Shown piece after piece: positions 1 through 7,992 of a stretch of 53,300 nucleotides of DNA. The stretch's first letter is position 1. Each line of letters begins with the position of its first letter. Below the pieces are notes generated by a model that did not search any database, was not told where the DNA came from, and saw only the letters and a list, made by a program, of their open reading frames with translations. Where the stretch lies: NCBI GenBank assembly GCA_035456205.1, contig DATIDQ010000102.1, positions 1-53,300 of the forward strand, given 5' to 3'. Source of the DNA: Pseudomonadales bacterium (GTDB lineage: Bacteria; Pseudomonadota; Gammaproteobacteria; Pseudomonadales; UBA7239). The position numbers were made by a program, and so were the translations under genes.

Positions 1-342
1 CGGGGTGCCAAGAAATGAACGGAAGCGTTCTTCGCCGGTTTCCGGGAAATAACGATACTGCGGGTGTGATTCAGCGTCATCCAGATTGATAGGCTCTTCA
101 CGCTTCGCCACCAGGCCTACCAAGCCTTCGTCGAGCCCCAGGCTGACTTTGCCGACAGAGTCGCGATTCAGGCCCTCAGTCGCCATCAGGATGTAACGCT
201 GGCTGACCGTATCCAACAGGTAAATCGAGCAAACCTGGGTAGACATTTCAGCGCGCACACGTTGCACAATCAGCCACAGAGCTTGCTCCAGGCTGGCAGC
301 AGCGTTGACTTCCTGTACTACCTTGCGCAGGGCGTTGAGCAT
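1..342 (-). CDS. ptsP: Phosphoenolpyruvate-protein phosphotransferase PtsP (EI-Ntr), N-terminal GAF portion only; the gene runs off the left edge
   Basis: Absent from the ORF track because there is no stop in the window. Hand translation of the minus strand from the ATG at 342 gives MLNALRKVVQEVNAAASLEQALWLIVQRVRAEMSTQVCSIYLLDTVSQRYILMATEGLNRDSVGKVSLGLDEGLVGLVAKREEPINLDDAESHPQYRYFPETGEERFRSFLGTP. This is collinear with the GAF domain of enterobacterial PtsP. It starts 10 nt after the rppH stop, matching the conserved rppH-ptsP operon. Confidence 0.8.
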   Translation of the reverse strand, partial: MLNALRKVVQEVNAAASLEQALWLIVQRVRAEMSTQVCSIYLLDTVSQRYILMATEGLNRDSVGKVSLGLDEGLVGLVAKREEPINLDDAESHPQYRYFPETGEERFRSFLGTP

Positions 343-352
343 ATTCGTGTAA

Positions 353-856
353 CTACTCGTTGGGGAGGCGGGCAGTAAGCGCCAAATGGTATGGCGACAG
401 TTCTTTTAGAGCGCTGCGATACACCTCGCGCTTGAAGGGGACCACCCGGGTTAAAGGGTGCCAGTAACTGACCCAGCGCCAGTGATCAAATTCCGGTGGT
501 TCATTGCTGTTGTTAAACTGGATGCGGGATTCATCACCGACCATTTGCAGAAAGAACCATTTTTGCTTTTGACCGATACAGAGCGGGTTTTGGTGGCGGC
601 GAACCAGTCTGGGGGGGAGGCGGTAGCGCAACCAGCCGCGTGTGCAGCCAAGAATGCGCACATCATCGTGCATCAGGCCGACTTCTTCGTGTAACTCCCG
701 AAATAGGGCAGCTTCAGGGTCTTCTTGCTCCTGAATGCCTCCTTGAGGAAACTGCCAGGTATCCATGCCGCCGACACGCCGCGCCCACAGCAGTTCGCCG
801 CTCGCATTGGCCAGCATAATGCCAACATTCGGACGAAAGCCTTCGGCGTCAACCAC
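353..856 (-). CDS. rppH: RNA pyrophosphohydrolase RppH (Nudix)
   Basis: The translation carries a Nudix box ([22 protein letters not shown]) and aligns end to end with E. coli RppH ([33 protein letters not shown]). The track ORF starts at a GTG at 889. I prefer the GTG at 856 ([12 protein letters not shown]), which lies 7 nt after a GGAGGAG Shine-Dalgarno at 864-870. Confidence 0.9.
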   Translation of the reverse strand: MVDAEGFRPNVGIMLANASGELLWARRVGGMDTWQFPQGGIQEQEDPEAALFRELHEEVGLMHDDVRILGCTRGWLRYRLPPRLVRRHQNPLCIGQKQKWFFLQMVGDESRIQFNNSNEPPEFDHWRWVSYWHPLTRVVPFKREVYRSALKELSPYHLALTARLPNE

Positions 857-936
857 GTTCAAACTCCTCCTTTTGTGCCATTGTTCCACAGATCAGTGTT
901 ATGGCAAAGCAGCTTTAGTGATCGTCGCTGAATTAT

Positions 937-994
937 CGTTACAAATGGATTTTGGAGGTAACGGAGGTAACAAAAAATGCGTTATTTGGTAACA
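937..994 (+). promoter_or_regulatory. Cluster of GTTAC/GTAAC half-sites; candidate enhancer (UAS) for a sigma-54 activator
   Basis: The sites are cGTTAC (937-942), GTAAC (958-962), GTAACA (967-972), GTTAT (981-985) and GGTAACA (988-994). Two of them form a tandem GGAGGTAAC GGAGGTAAC. The cluster sits 75-145 nt upstream of the -24/-12 element at 1069-1083. The half-sites resemble the TGTTAC...GTAACA sites reported for CbrB, but I cannot verify the spacing from memory. It could instead be part of the rppH promoter on the other strand. Confidence 0.3.
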
Positions 995-1036
995 CTTTGT
1001 GCTGCTAGCCACGAAAAAGAGAATGACTGATTTTTC

Positions 1037-1049
1037 TAATTGCTTGATA
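1037..1049 (-). promoter_or_regulatory. IHF core binding site
   Basis: The minus strand reads TATCAAGCAATTA, an exact match to WATCAANNNNTTR. It lies in an AT-rich stretch between the half-site cluster and the -24/-12 element, about 50 nt upstream of the predicted transcription start. Confidence 0.4.
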
Positions 1050-1068
1050 AATTTATAGAAATATTAAG

Positions 1069-1084
1069 TGGCACACGTTTTGCG
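1069..1084 (+). promoter_or_regulatory. Sigma-54 (RpoN) -24/-12 promoter
   Basis: TGGCACacgttTTGCg matches TGGCAC-N5-TTGC exactly. GG is at 1070-1071 and GC at 1082-1083, giving the canonical spacing. It is the only correctly spaced match I found in the window. The predicted +1 is near 1095. Confidence 0.55.
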
Positions 1085-1094
1085 GTGTTATTAG

Positions 1095-1281
1095 CATAAA
1101 AATAATAATACTGTGACGTAATAATAATAATCAGGCGTCAACCCCCAACAAGAACAAGAGGGGGAATAATAATAAATATGCGGCGATGCTGCAGATGGAT
1201 CGAGGTAGGAAGGATAGCAGTAAAAGACGGTAGTAAAAGACAGAAAGAAGCCAGAGTGGTCCGCTGCTCTGGCTTTTTTTT
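1095..1281 (+). ncRNA. Candidate sigma-54-dependent small RNA, about 187 nt, rich in AAnAAnAA/(ARN)n motifs (CrcZ-like Hfq/Crc sponge candidate)
   Basis: It is bounded by the -24/-12 promoter and a strong intrinsic terminator. There is no SD-preceded ORF inside; the longest ATG ORF is 15 codons.
A-rich tracts:
- 1098-1110, AAAAATAATAATA.
- 1120-1131, (AAT)4, within the loop of hairpin TGACG/CGTCA (1114-1140).
- 1147-1159, AACAAGAACAAGA, which forms the entire loop of hairpin CCCCC/GGGGG (1142-1164).
- 1165-1176, AATAATAATAAA.
- AGTAAAAGAC duplicated at 1219-1228 and 1232-1241.
The exact 5' end is inferred, not observed. Confidence 0.45.
1248..1281. terminator. Rho-independent terminator, probably bidirectional
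   Basis: Stem GCCAGAG (1250-1256) pairs with CTCTGGC (1267-1273) around a 10-nt loop, followed by T8 on the plus strand. On the minus strand the same hairpin is followed by the T-rich run CTTCTTTCTGTCTTTT, and it sits immediately after the FHA gene stop at 1293. Confidence 0.75.
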
Positions 1282-1292
1282 ATGTGCTTGAT

Positions 1293-2246
1293 TCAGATAT
1301 TGAATACGATGTAGCCCAGCACGCTGAGCACGCTTATCCCCAGCACGACAGAAATCCAGAACATCATGCCAAGGTGGTGCTTGCGGGTAGGAACCTCGTG
1401 GTAGCGGTTACCGTGGGAAGTTGGTTTGGTAATCCACTCCTTTTGCTGGTATTCCTGGGACTTCAGGGCCTCGATGTTCTGTAATGTGCTTTCGAGGTTA
1501 ATCAGTTTGCGTGGGCCGGACGTTTCTGGTTGAGTGTGGCGGCTGCTTTCTGTAATGGTAGGGCCTTGCACGCGGAAGCTGTAAACGTCGAAACGCAGGC
1601 GGTCGCCTGGTTTGATGATCTGCTCGCCCTTGATCCGAATTTCATTGACGTGACTGCCGTTGGAGGAGTCCAGATCCTTGAGAACCAGATTGTTGCCCTG
1701 TTTGAGTATCAGTGCATGGTTGCGGGATAAATGGTTTCCCGGGATCACAATATCGCAATCCTTGCCTCTGCCTAGCAGGGTGGAGTCGCCTGCCAGTTCG
1801 AATACTTTGCCTGAGAGCCAGCTGCTATCAGATACCAGACGCCAGCTGGATGAAATATTAACGGCGGACCGTCGCTCCGTGACGGCCGGAACTCGCGTTG
1901 AAGTCAGGTTAGTGTCTTCCACTTCGAGGATATCGAAATGCACATTGCCAATACTGACAACATCGCTGTTGCGCAGTTCTTTGTATTTGACTTTCTTGCC
2001 GTTAACGAAGCACCCGCGGCGACTCTTGTTGTCCTGCAGGAACAGGCGCCCATCATGCTGTATCAAGCGAGCATGGGATTCGTCCACTGTGCTGGTATTC
2101 AATACCAGAGTGTTGTCTTGCGCGCAGCCCAAGGTGCAGATGTTATCTGTCACTGAGAAAATCGGGCGGCTATTGTCCTTGAATCGAAGCTGGTACATCA
2201 AAATCTGCTGGCAATCCGTGTTTAGTAAACCTTCCATCGCTAGCAT
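1293..2246 (-). CDS. Dual FHA-domain protein with a C-terminal transmembrane anchor
   Basis: There are two FHA-like modules: LGCAQDNTLVL...SHARLIQHDGRLFLQDNKSRRGCFVNGKKV and LGRGKDCDIVIPGNHLSRNHALILKQGNNLVLKDLDSSNGSHVNE. The C-terminus is hydrophobic (MMFWISVVLGISVLSVLGYIVFNI). The start is uncertain, with candidates at 2246, 2237 or 2198 (MYQLRF). A TATAAT lies on the minus strand at 2270-2275. Confidence 0.8.
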   Translation of the reverse strand: MLAMEGLLNTDCQQILMYQLRFKDNSRPIFSVTDNICTLGCAQDNTLVLNTSTVDESHARLIQHDGRLFLQDNKSRRGCFVNGKKVKYKELRNSDVVSIGNVHFDILEVEDTNLTSTRVPAVTERRSAVNISSSWRLVSDSSWLSGKVFELAGDSTLLGRGKDCDIVIPGNHLSRNHALILKQGNNLVLKDLDSSNGSHVNEIRIKGEQIIKPGDRLRFDVYSFRVQGPTITESSRHTQPETSGPRKLINLESTLQNIEALKSQEYQQKEWITKPTSHGNRYHEVPTRKHHLGMMFWISVVLGISVLSVLGYIVFNI

Positions 2247-2375
2247 GCAATAGTTGGCATCAGCGGCTGATTATAGCGCCCAAACGGTAAAACGCCATGT
2301 TTGTCTCGATGTCGTCCGTAAGGAGAGCTGCTGGGCTAGAATTGGAGGCAAGTGAATAACGATTAGCGATGCTCC

Positions 2376-3065
2376 ATGAAAGATCTGCCCGCCCGGTTAA
2401 ATGCTCCTGTCTTCTTCGATTGGAATCAGATAGATACTGTATTGCTCGATATGGATGGCACGTTACTGGATCTGTACTTTGATAATTTTTTTTGGCGTAC
2501 CCACTTGCCGCGCCGTTATGCTGAAGCGCGTGGTTTATCCGAAAAGGCGGCTCTGGATTGGTTGCAAACCCGTTTTGCAGAGGAGCAGGGTAAGCTGAAC
2601 TGGTATTGTCTGGATTTCTGGCAGCGCGAGCTTGGTCTGGATATTGTGGCTTTGAAGCGTGAAGTCAGCCATCTGATTGCTATGCGTCCGCATAGCGCCT
2701 CATTTCTTGATGCGCTGGCGGCGGCGGGCAAGTCGGTCTGGCTGGTTACCAATGCGCATATGGACAGTATCGCTCTGAAGCTGGAGCACACTTCGCTCGC
2801 CTATTGGCTTGATCGCATTATCAGTTCACATCAACTCGGCGCTGCGAAGGAGTCGCAAGCATTCTGGCACGCTTTGCAAGCGCTGCATCCCTTTGATGCT
2901 GAACGCACGCTGTTTGTAGACGATACGCAGGCAATACTGAATGCTGCTGGCGTCTATGGCATTCAATATTTATTGTGTATTGCGCACCCGGATAGCAGTG
3001 AGTCAGTGCGCAAGATATCGGAATTTCCTGCAGTGGCCGATTTTGATGAGTTACTGCCAATATAG
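2376..3065 (+). CDS. yrfG: HAD-family GMP/IMP nucleotidase YrfG
   Basis: It has the DTVLLDMDGTLLDL HAD motif I, NWYCLDFW, LVTNAH and LFVDD. It is collinear with E. coli YrfG along its full length. It neighbours hslO, as in enterobacteria. Confidence 0.85.
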   Translation: MKDLPARLNAPVFFDWNQIDTVLLDMDGTLLDLYFDNFFWRTHLPRRYAEARGLSEKAALDWLQTRFAEEQGKLNWYCLDFWQRELGLDIVALKREVSHLIAMRPHSASFLDALAAAGKSVWLVTNAHMDSIALKLEHTSLAYWLDRIISSHQLGAAKESQAFWHALQALHPFDAERTLFVDDTQAILNAAGVYGIQYLLCIAHPDSSESVRKISEFPAVADFDELLPI

Positions 3066-3090
3066 ATGTTGCTTGGAGCGTAGAGGGGTT

Positions 3091-3558
3091 ATGTCAAAAG
3101 CTATGATGCAAAAAATGACTATTGTTTGTTGTCTGTTGATGAGCAGTTTCTCTATGGCGGATGTATATAAATGGGTTGATGAAAACGGAAAAACCCGTTT
3201 CAGCGATAAAGCTCCGGCAGAAAAGCCATCAGAAAATATCGAGAATGAATTAAAGAAAACCAATGTAGATGAAGCCAGTAAAAATTTAAGCACATTCGTT
3301 GCTCCTCCAGCTGAAAAGACTGTTGATGAAGAAATGTTGAAGCTTAAAAAACGCAATAATCTGGAAGAAAAAATTGGTAAAAGATGTAGAAAAATGCAAG
3401 AAGAAATTAATTCTATTGCCAGAGGTGATTTTGTTGTTTTTTTTGATAAAGATGGCAATGAAGAGAAGGTGCTTGAAAAAGACCGTGGGAAAAAGCTGGA
3501 AGAGTGGAAAAATGGATACCGGAAATTAGGTTGCGATACTTTGTATCCACTGGAATGA
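3091..3558 (+). CDS. Secreted DUF4124-domain protein, Lys/Glu-rich
   Basis: The ATG at 3091 follows GAGGGG. The product has a signal peptide (MSKAMMQKMTIVCCLLMSSFSMA) and then the DUF4124 signature DVYKWVDENGKTRFSDKAP. The upstream part of the track ORF (2941 onward) overlaps yrfG and is rejected. Confidence 0.75.
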   Translation: MSKAMMQKMTIVCCLLMSSFSMADVYKWVDENGKTRFSDKAPAEKPSENIENELKKTNVDEASKNLSTFVAPPAEKTVDEEMLKLKKRNNLEEKIGKRCRKMQEEINSIARGDFVVFFDKDGNEEKVLEKDRGKKLEEWKNGYRKLGCDTLYPLE

Positions 3559-3561
3559 AGA

Positions 3562-4434
3562 ATGACAGAAGAAAGTAAATCGGATCAGGTTGTGCGTTTT
3601 TTGTTTGAAGAATGTGCTGTGCGTGGCGTGTGGGTAAATCTACAGAAAAGTTGTGGTGATGTGTTAGCAAAAAAAGGTATTGGGCCAGCTGGTAGAGTCC
3701 TGTTGGGTGAAAGCCTGGCTGCTGCTGTGTTGCTGGGTTCCAGCATAAAACTGCAAGGGCGCGTGGCCATTCAGGCGCGTGGTGATGGAGTGTTAAAGTT
3801 GCTGGTTGCCGAAAGCACGCAGGATGCCGGGATACGTGGCGTTATTAATCTGGATGCCAGTGTAGATTTGCAGGCCATACCTTCGTTAAAGCAGCTGATC
3901 GGTAGCGGTTACCTTGCGGTGACGTTATTGCCGGATGAGGGTGAAAGTTATCAGGGCATTGTGCCTTTGCAAGGCGTGCGCCTGCAGGATTGTCTGGCCG
4001 ATTATTTTGCTTTGTCTGAGCAGTTATCCACGGCGTTGTGGTTGGTGTCAGACGGTGAACGTGCTGCAGGTCTGATGTTGCAGGCAATGCCGGGAGAAGA
4101 TAATGATGGTGAGGATTGGCGGCATCTGCATACGTTGGCAAGCACGTTGACGAGTGAGGAATTGTTGTCACTGCCGTGTGAAGTATTGCTGCATAGGTTG
4201 TTCCATCAGGAAACCGTGCGAGTATTTGATGCCGAGCCTGTGCGCTTCCAGTGTACTTGCAGTGAGGAGCGTTCACGCAATGCCTTGGCTATCCTGGGCC
4301 GCGATGAATTGCACAAATTGTTTTCCGAGCAGCCGGACGTGGATATTGATTGCCATTTTTGTGGTGCAAAATACCGTTACACGGCAAACGACATGGCGGA
4401 TATTTTTGGTGATATATCGTCGTCATTGCACTGA
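3562..4434 (+). CDS. hslO: Redox-regulated chaperone Hsp33
   Basis: It is collinear with E. coli HslO. It has the C-terminal zinc centre CTCSEER...CHFCGAKYRY. Confidence 0.95.
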   Translation: MTEESKSDQVVRFLFEECAVRGVWVNLQKSCGDVLAKKGIGPAGRVLLGESLAAAVLLGSSIKLQGRVAIQARGDGVLKLLVAESTQDAGIRGVINLDASVDLQAIPSLKQLIGSGYLAVTLLPDEGESYQGIVPLQGVRLQDCLADYFALSEQLSTALWLVSDGERAAGLMLQAMPGEDNDGEDWRHLHTLASTLTSEELLSLPCEVLLHRLFHQETVRVFDAEPVRFQCTCSEERSRNALAILGRDELHKLFSEQPDVDIDCHFCGAKYRYTANDMADIFGDISSSLH

Positions 4435-4472
4435 TTGACATCGCACTAACTGACATTGCACCAGGAAGCACA

Positions 4473-5120
4473 ATGTTGATTGAGCCCGGCAGTAAATTAT
4501 TATTCATTGGTGATTCAATTACCGATTGTGGTCGAGCGCGCCCTGTTGCCGAAGGCAATGAAGTCGGCAATGGCTATGTCAGTCAGATCAATGCTCTGCT
4601 GGGGGCGTTATATCCTGCGCATGGTGTCCGCGTTTTTAATATGGGCGTCAATGGCAATACAGTGCGTGATCTGAAAGCGCGCTGGCGTAAAGATGTGCTG
4701 GATCAGCAGCCAGATTGGCTGGTGATTTTTATCGGCATCAATGATGTCTGGCGTCAATTTGATACACCATTACGCACAGAGCAACATGTGTTAATAGATG
4801 AGTATCGGCGGGAACTTGAAAATTTTATTACACAAACCAAGCCGCACTTGCAGGGGTTGGTTTTGATGACGCCGTATTTTCTGGAACCTAATCGTGATGA
4901 TCCGATGCGCGAAGCAATGGATGTTTATGGCAATGTTGTGCGTGAACTGGCCTCCATACACAATGCGATATTGGTCGATACGCAGCTGGCGATGGATGCA
5001 TTACTGGAACAGATACATCCAATGTCGCTGGCATGGGATCGAGTGCACCCTAATCAAACAGGGCATATGGCGTTGGCATTGGCATTTATGCGGGCTGTTG
5101 GTGCGGAGCCCGGGATTTAA
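4473..5120 (+). CDS. SGNH/GDSL hydrolase family protein
   Basis: Block I is FIGDSITD, block III is GINDV, and block V is DRVHPNQTGH. Confidence 0.85.
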   Translation: MLIEPGSKLLFIGDSITDCGRARPVAEGNEVGNGYVSQINALLGALYPAHGVRVFNMGVNGNTVRDLKARWRKDVLDQQPDWLVIFIGINDVWRQFDTPLRTEQHVLIDEYRRELENFITQTKPHLQGLVLMTPYFLEPNRDDPMREAMDVYGNVVRELASIHNAILVDTQLAMDALLEQIHPMSLAWDRVHPNQTGHMALALAFMRAVGAEPGI

Positions 5121-5132
5121 CAGCCAATCGTT

Positions 5133-6797
5133 TTAAATGGCCAACATTTCTTGCGCATGGGCGCGAGATTGCTTGCTGATTTTTTCACCGCCAATCATGC
5201 GGGCAATTTCATCAATACGCGGTTCGCTTTTCAACTGCGTCAGTGCCGTTTCCATGCGTTTGCCTTTCAGTTGCTTGCTGACTTGCAGATGCTGGTGTGC
5301 CTGTGATGCCACCTGCGCCTGATGCGTTACACACAGTACCTGACCGCGCTCCCCGAGCTGCCGCAATAATTGCCCGACTACGACTGCAGTGGCGCCGCCG
5401 ATGCCGACGTCCACTTCGTCAAATACCAACGTAGGAATGTGTGATGTACTGGCCGCTACTACTTGAATCGCTAGCGATATACGCGACAGTTCTCCGCCGG
5501 AAGCAACACGTGCCAATGCGCGTGCCGGCGTATCGGGTTGTGTGCTGATAAGAAACTCTGTGTGTTCCGCGCCGAAACTGTGTGGCTCATTGTTTTCGTG
5601 TGGTTGTAATGCGATATCGAAACGGCAGTGTGCCATTTTCAAAAGACTCAATTGCACATTGACTTGTTTGCTCAATGTATTGGCCGCCTTCTGTCTTTTT
5701 GCAGTCAGGCTTTTGGCGAGTATATGGTATTGCTGCTCATGTTCTTTTTGCTGTTGTTGCAGGCGCATGATTGCGCCGTCACTATCTAGCAACATGGCCA
5801 ATTCTGCATGCAGTTTTTCATGCAAATCCGGCAATTCACGTGCTTGCACACGGTGTTTGCGTGCTAATTCATATAACGTGTTGAGGCGTTGCTCCACTTC
5901 TGCCAACCGTTCCGGATCAATGTTGATATGATCCCTGTAACGTTGCAAATCAGTGGATGCTTCTTCGATCTGTATCAGAGCGCCATTCAGCATTTCGGTG
6001 AGTTGGGGGACGGCTTCGGAGAGTATGGAGCGCGCCAACAATTGTTGTGCAGATGCGAGTGACTGCTGGATATTGAAGCGCTCGTTTTCACAGAATATCT
6101 GTAACAAATTATCGCAATTGCCAATCAGCTCCCCTGCATTGGCCAACTGTTTCTGCTCGGCTTCCAGTGCTGTGAGTTCGTCCGGTTGCGGTGCAATTTT
6201 ATCCAGCTCATCAACCTGGTATTGCAGGAGCTGGATGCGCGCGCTGAAATCCTCTTGTGTACCTTGCAGCTGCTGGATCTGTTGCTGGATGTCGCGCCAT
6301 TGCCGGTACACAACCTGCAGTTTTTTCAGTTCGTCGCCGTGCTGGCCAAAGGCGTCGAGCAGGCGGCGATGCGTTTCTTTTTTCAGTAGGGACTGGTGTT
6401 CGTGCTGGCTGTGGATATCGATCAACATATCGCCCAGTTCGCGCAATTGGGCAAGCGTGGCGGGCTGGCCATTAATCCACGCGCGCGACCGACCTTCACG
6501 CAGAATCACGCGCCTCAACAGGCACTGCTGCTCATCTTGCGGGAAGCCCTGGATTTCCAGCCACTCGCGGGCTTCGGGGATGTGTTGCAGGTCAAACAAT
6601 GCGCCAATATCGGCACGGTCGGCATCGCTGGCAATGGCGTCGGCGTCAGCGCGATCACCTAATGCTAGCCCCAGCGCATCGAGCAGGATGGATTTGCCGG
6701 CGCCGGTTTCCCCCGTAATAACCGTCATGCCGGCTTGCCATTCGGCATCCAGTGAGCGGGCTACAGCGTAATCCCTGATCGTGAGCTGCAACAGCAC
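5133..6797 (-). CDS. recN: DNA repair protein RecN
   Basis: It has a Walker A motif (GETGAGKSILLDAL), a long coiled-coil middle and a C-terminal SMC signature (ASGGELSRISLAIQV). It starts at a GTG, 7 nt after AGGAGG (6807-6812). Confidence 0.95.
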   Translation of the reverse strand: MLLQLTIRDYAVARSLDAEWQAGMTVITGETGAGKSILLDALGLALGDRADADAIASDADRADIGALFDLQHIPEAREWLEIQGFPQDEQQCLLRRVILREGRSRAWINGQPATLAQLRELGDMLIDIHSQHEHQSLLKKETHRRLLDAFGQHGDELKKLQVVYRQWRDIQQQIQQLQGTQEDFSARIQLLQYQVDELDKIAPQPDELTALEAEQKQLANAGELIGNCDNLLQIFCENERFNIQQSLASAQQLLARSILSEAVPQLTEMLNGALIQIEEASTDLQRYRDHINIDPERLAEVEQRLNTLYELARKHRVQARELPDLHEKLHAELAMLLDSDGAIMRLQQQQKEHEQQYHILAKSLTAKRQKAANTLSKQVNVQLSLLKMAHCRFDIALQPHENNEPHSFGAEHTEFLISTQPDTPARALARVASGGELSRISLAIQVVAASTSHIPTLVFDEVDVGIGGATAVVVGQLLRQLGERGQVLCVTHQAQVASQAHQHLQVSKQLKGKRMETALTQLKSEPRIDEIARMIGGEKISKQSRAHAQEMLAI

Positions 6798-6818
6798 AAA
6801 TATGCCTCCTGAAGAAAC

Positions 6819-6838
6819 TAGTGGTTATTTGTACAGTA
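6819..6838 (-). promoter_or_regulatory. LexA (SOS) box-like operator upstream of recN
   Basis: The minus strand reads TACTGTACAAATAACCACTA, which is CTGT-N8-CCAC. This is one critical mismatch from CTG-N10-CAG and close to the E. coli recN box TACTGTATATAAAACCAGTT as I recall it. It abuts a CATAAT -10-like hexamer. It lies 22-41 nt upstream of the recN start, beside the 3' end (stop codon 6839-6841) of the upstream gene. Confidence 0.45.
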
Positions 6839-7990
6839 TTATGGTGCTGCTAGCAACCACTGCATGATTTGATAGGCAAAGTCTTCCAGCGGGTATTCGC
6901 GGTTCACCATGACAACGATGGCCGTACCCTCATCCGGCACCATAATCACTTCGCAAGAGAAGCCTGTGTCGCCACCGGCATGCCCCACCATGTGATGCCC
7001 GGCGGGTCCACCCAGGAACCAACCCAGCCCCAGTGTCTTTTCCCATGGGCTAGGTAACGCAGTGTCGATTTGTGGAGTCCACATGATGTTGTAAGCCGAC
7101 GTTGGCAGGATTCGCACGCCGTCCAGTTCGCCGCGATTGAGTTGTGTCAATGCAAAACGGTTCATGTCGTTTACGTTAGAAAACAGATGTGAACTGGCAG
7201 CATGTTCCCGGCTGTAAGGAAAATAACTGTTCACTGTGAGCATAGGGTTGACTATATGCGGCGCTGCCAATAATTCGCTTTGTACATCGCGCAACAGGAA
7301 ACTGGAGTGAGTCATTTTCAGCGGCATGAAAATATGTTGCTGGATATAGTCTTCAAAACTCTGGCCGGATACCTTAGCAATAACATCGCCCAGCGTTTCA
7401 AAACCGATATCGCTGTACTGCATGGCTTTACCCGGTGCACTGACCATTTTTATTTTGCGGGCGCTGCGAACATGACGCTCCAGCGCGCCGTCGTCGTATT
7501 GTGGTGATTGATAATCCAGTTTGTCACACTTTTCATAATCGATGCAGTAAGGCAATCCGGATCTGTGTGAAAGAATCTGGCGAAGCGTGATTTTTTTGTA
7601 GCGTTTATCTGCGATATGGAAATAAGGAAGATAAGTGGTGATTGACGCATCCAGATCAATTTTCCCTTGCGCTTCGAGTTGCATCATTGCGATGCCTACC
7701 ATCATTTTTGAATCGGAGCCCAGCTGGAAGACGGTTTCAGGCGTTACTGCTGTGCCGCTGCGAATATCGGCTATGCCAAATCCTTTGCTATAAACAATTT
7801 TTTTGTCTTTGATAATGCCGATAGCTAAACCGGGAATCTGTTTTTCTTTCATTGTTTGCGCAGCAGATGCTTCGATTTTTTCAATCAGCGTGCTATCCAG
7901 TGCGGGAGTCTGGATGGCTGGCGTGGTGGCAGGTGCATTGCAGCCCGCTAAAAGTATTGCCAGCAATGTTAATGCGGTTAACGTACGCAA
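6839..7990 (-). CDS. Lipoprotein serine hydrolase, beta-lactamase/PBP-related family (class C-like)
   Basis: It has a lipobox (LLAGC|N), an S-x-x-K motif (SDSK) and a later HAGGDTGF. It starts at a TTG, 2 nt after the stop of the upstream DUF4124 gene. Confidence 0.85.
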   Translation of the reverse strand: MRTLTALTLLAILLAGCNAPATTPAIQTPALDSTLIEKIEASAAQTMKEKQIPGLAIGIIKDKKIVYSKGFGIADIRSGTAVTPETVFQLGSDSKMMVGIAMMQLEAQGKIDLDASITTYLPYFHIADKRYKKITLRQILSHRSGLPYCIDYEKCDKLDYQSPQYDDGALERHVRSARKIKMVSAPGKAMQYSDIGFETLGDVIAKVSGQSFEDYIQQHIFMPLKMTHSSFLLRDVQSELLAAPHIVNPMLTVNSYFPYSREHAASSHLFSNVNDMNRFALTQLNRGELDGVRILPTSAYNIMWTPQIDTALPSPWEKTLGLGWFLGGPAGHHMVGHAGGDTGFSCEVIMVPDEGTAIVVMVNREYPLEDFAYQIMQWLLAAP

Positions 7991-7992
7991 AA

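Noticed and set aside
977-1030. A 17-codon mini-ORF (MRYLVTLCAASHEKEND) preceded by a duplicated GGAGGTAAC that looks like a double SD.
   Set aside because: It lies upstream of the sigma-54 promoter rather than downstream. The GGAGGTAAC copies are better explained as GTAAC activator half-sites. It cannot be excluded as a leader peptide without expression data.
2865-2878. A sigma-54-like TGGCAC...TTGC.
   Set aside because: The spacer is 3 nt instead of 5, and it lies inside the yrfG coding sequence.
4024-4031. A DnaA-box-like TTATCCAC.
   Set aside because: It is a single copy inside the hslO coding sequence, with no cluster or AT-rich unwinding element nearby.
5953-6771. A 272-aa Cys/Ser-rich ORF on the plus strand.
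   Set aside because: It is antisense to recN. Its composition (many C, S and W) is typical of a non-coding frame.
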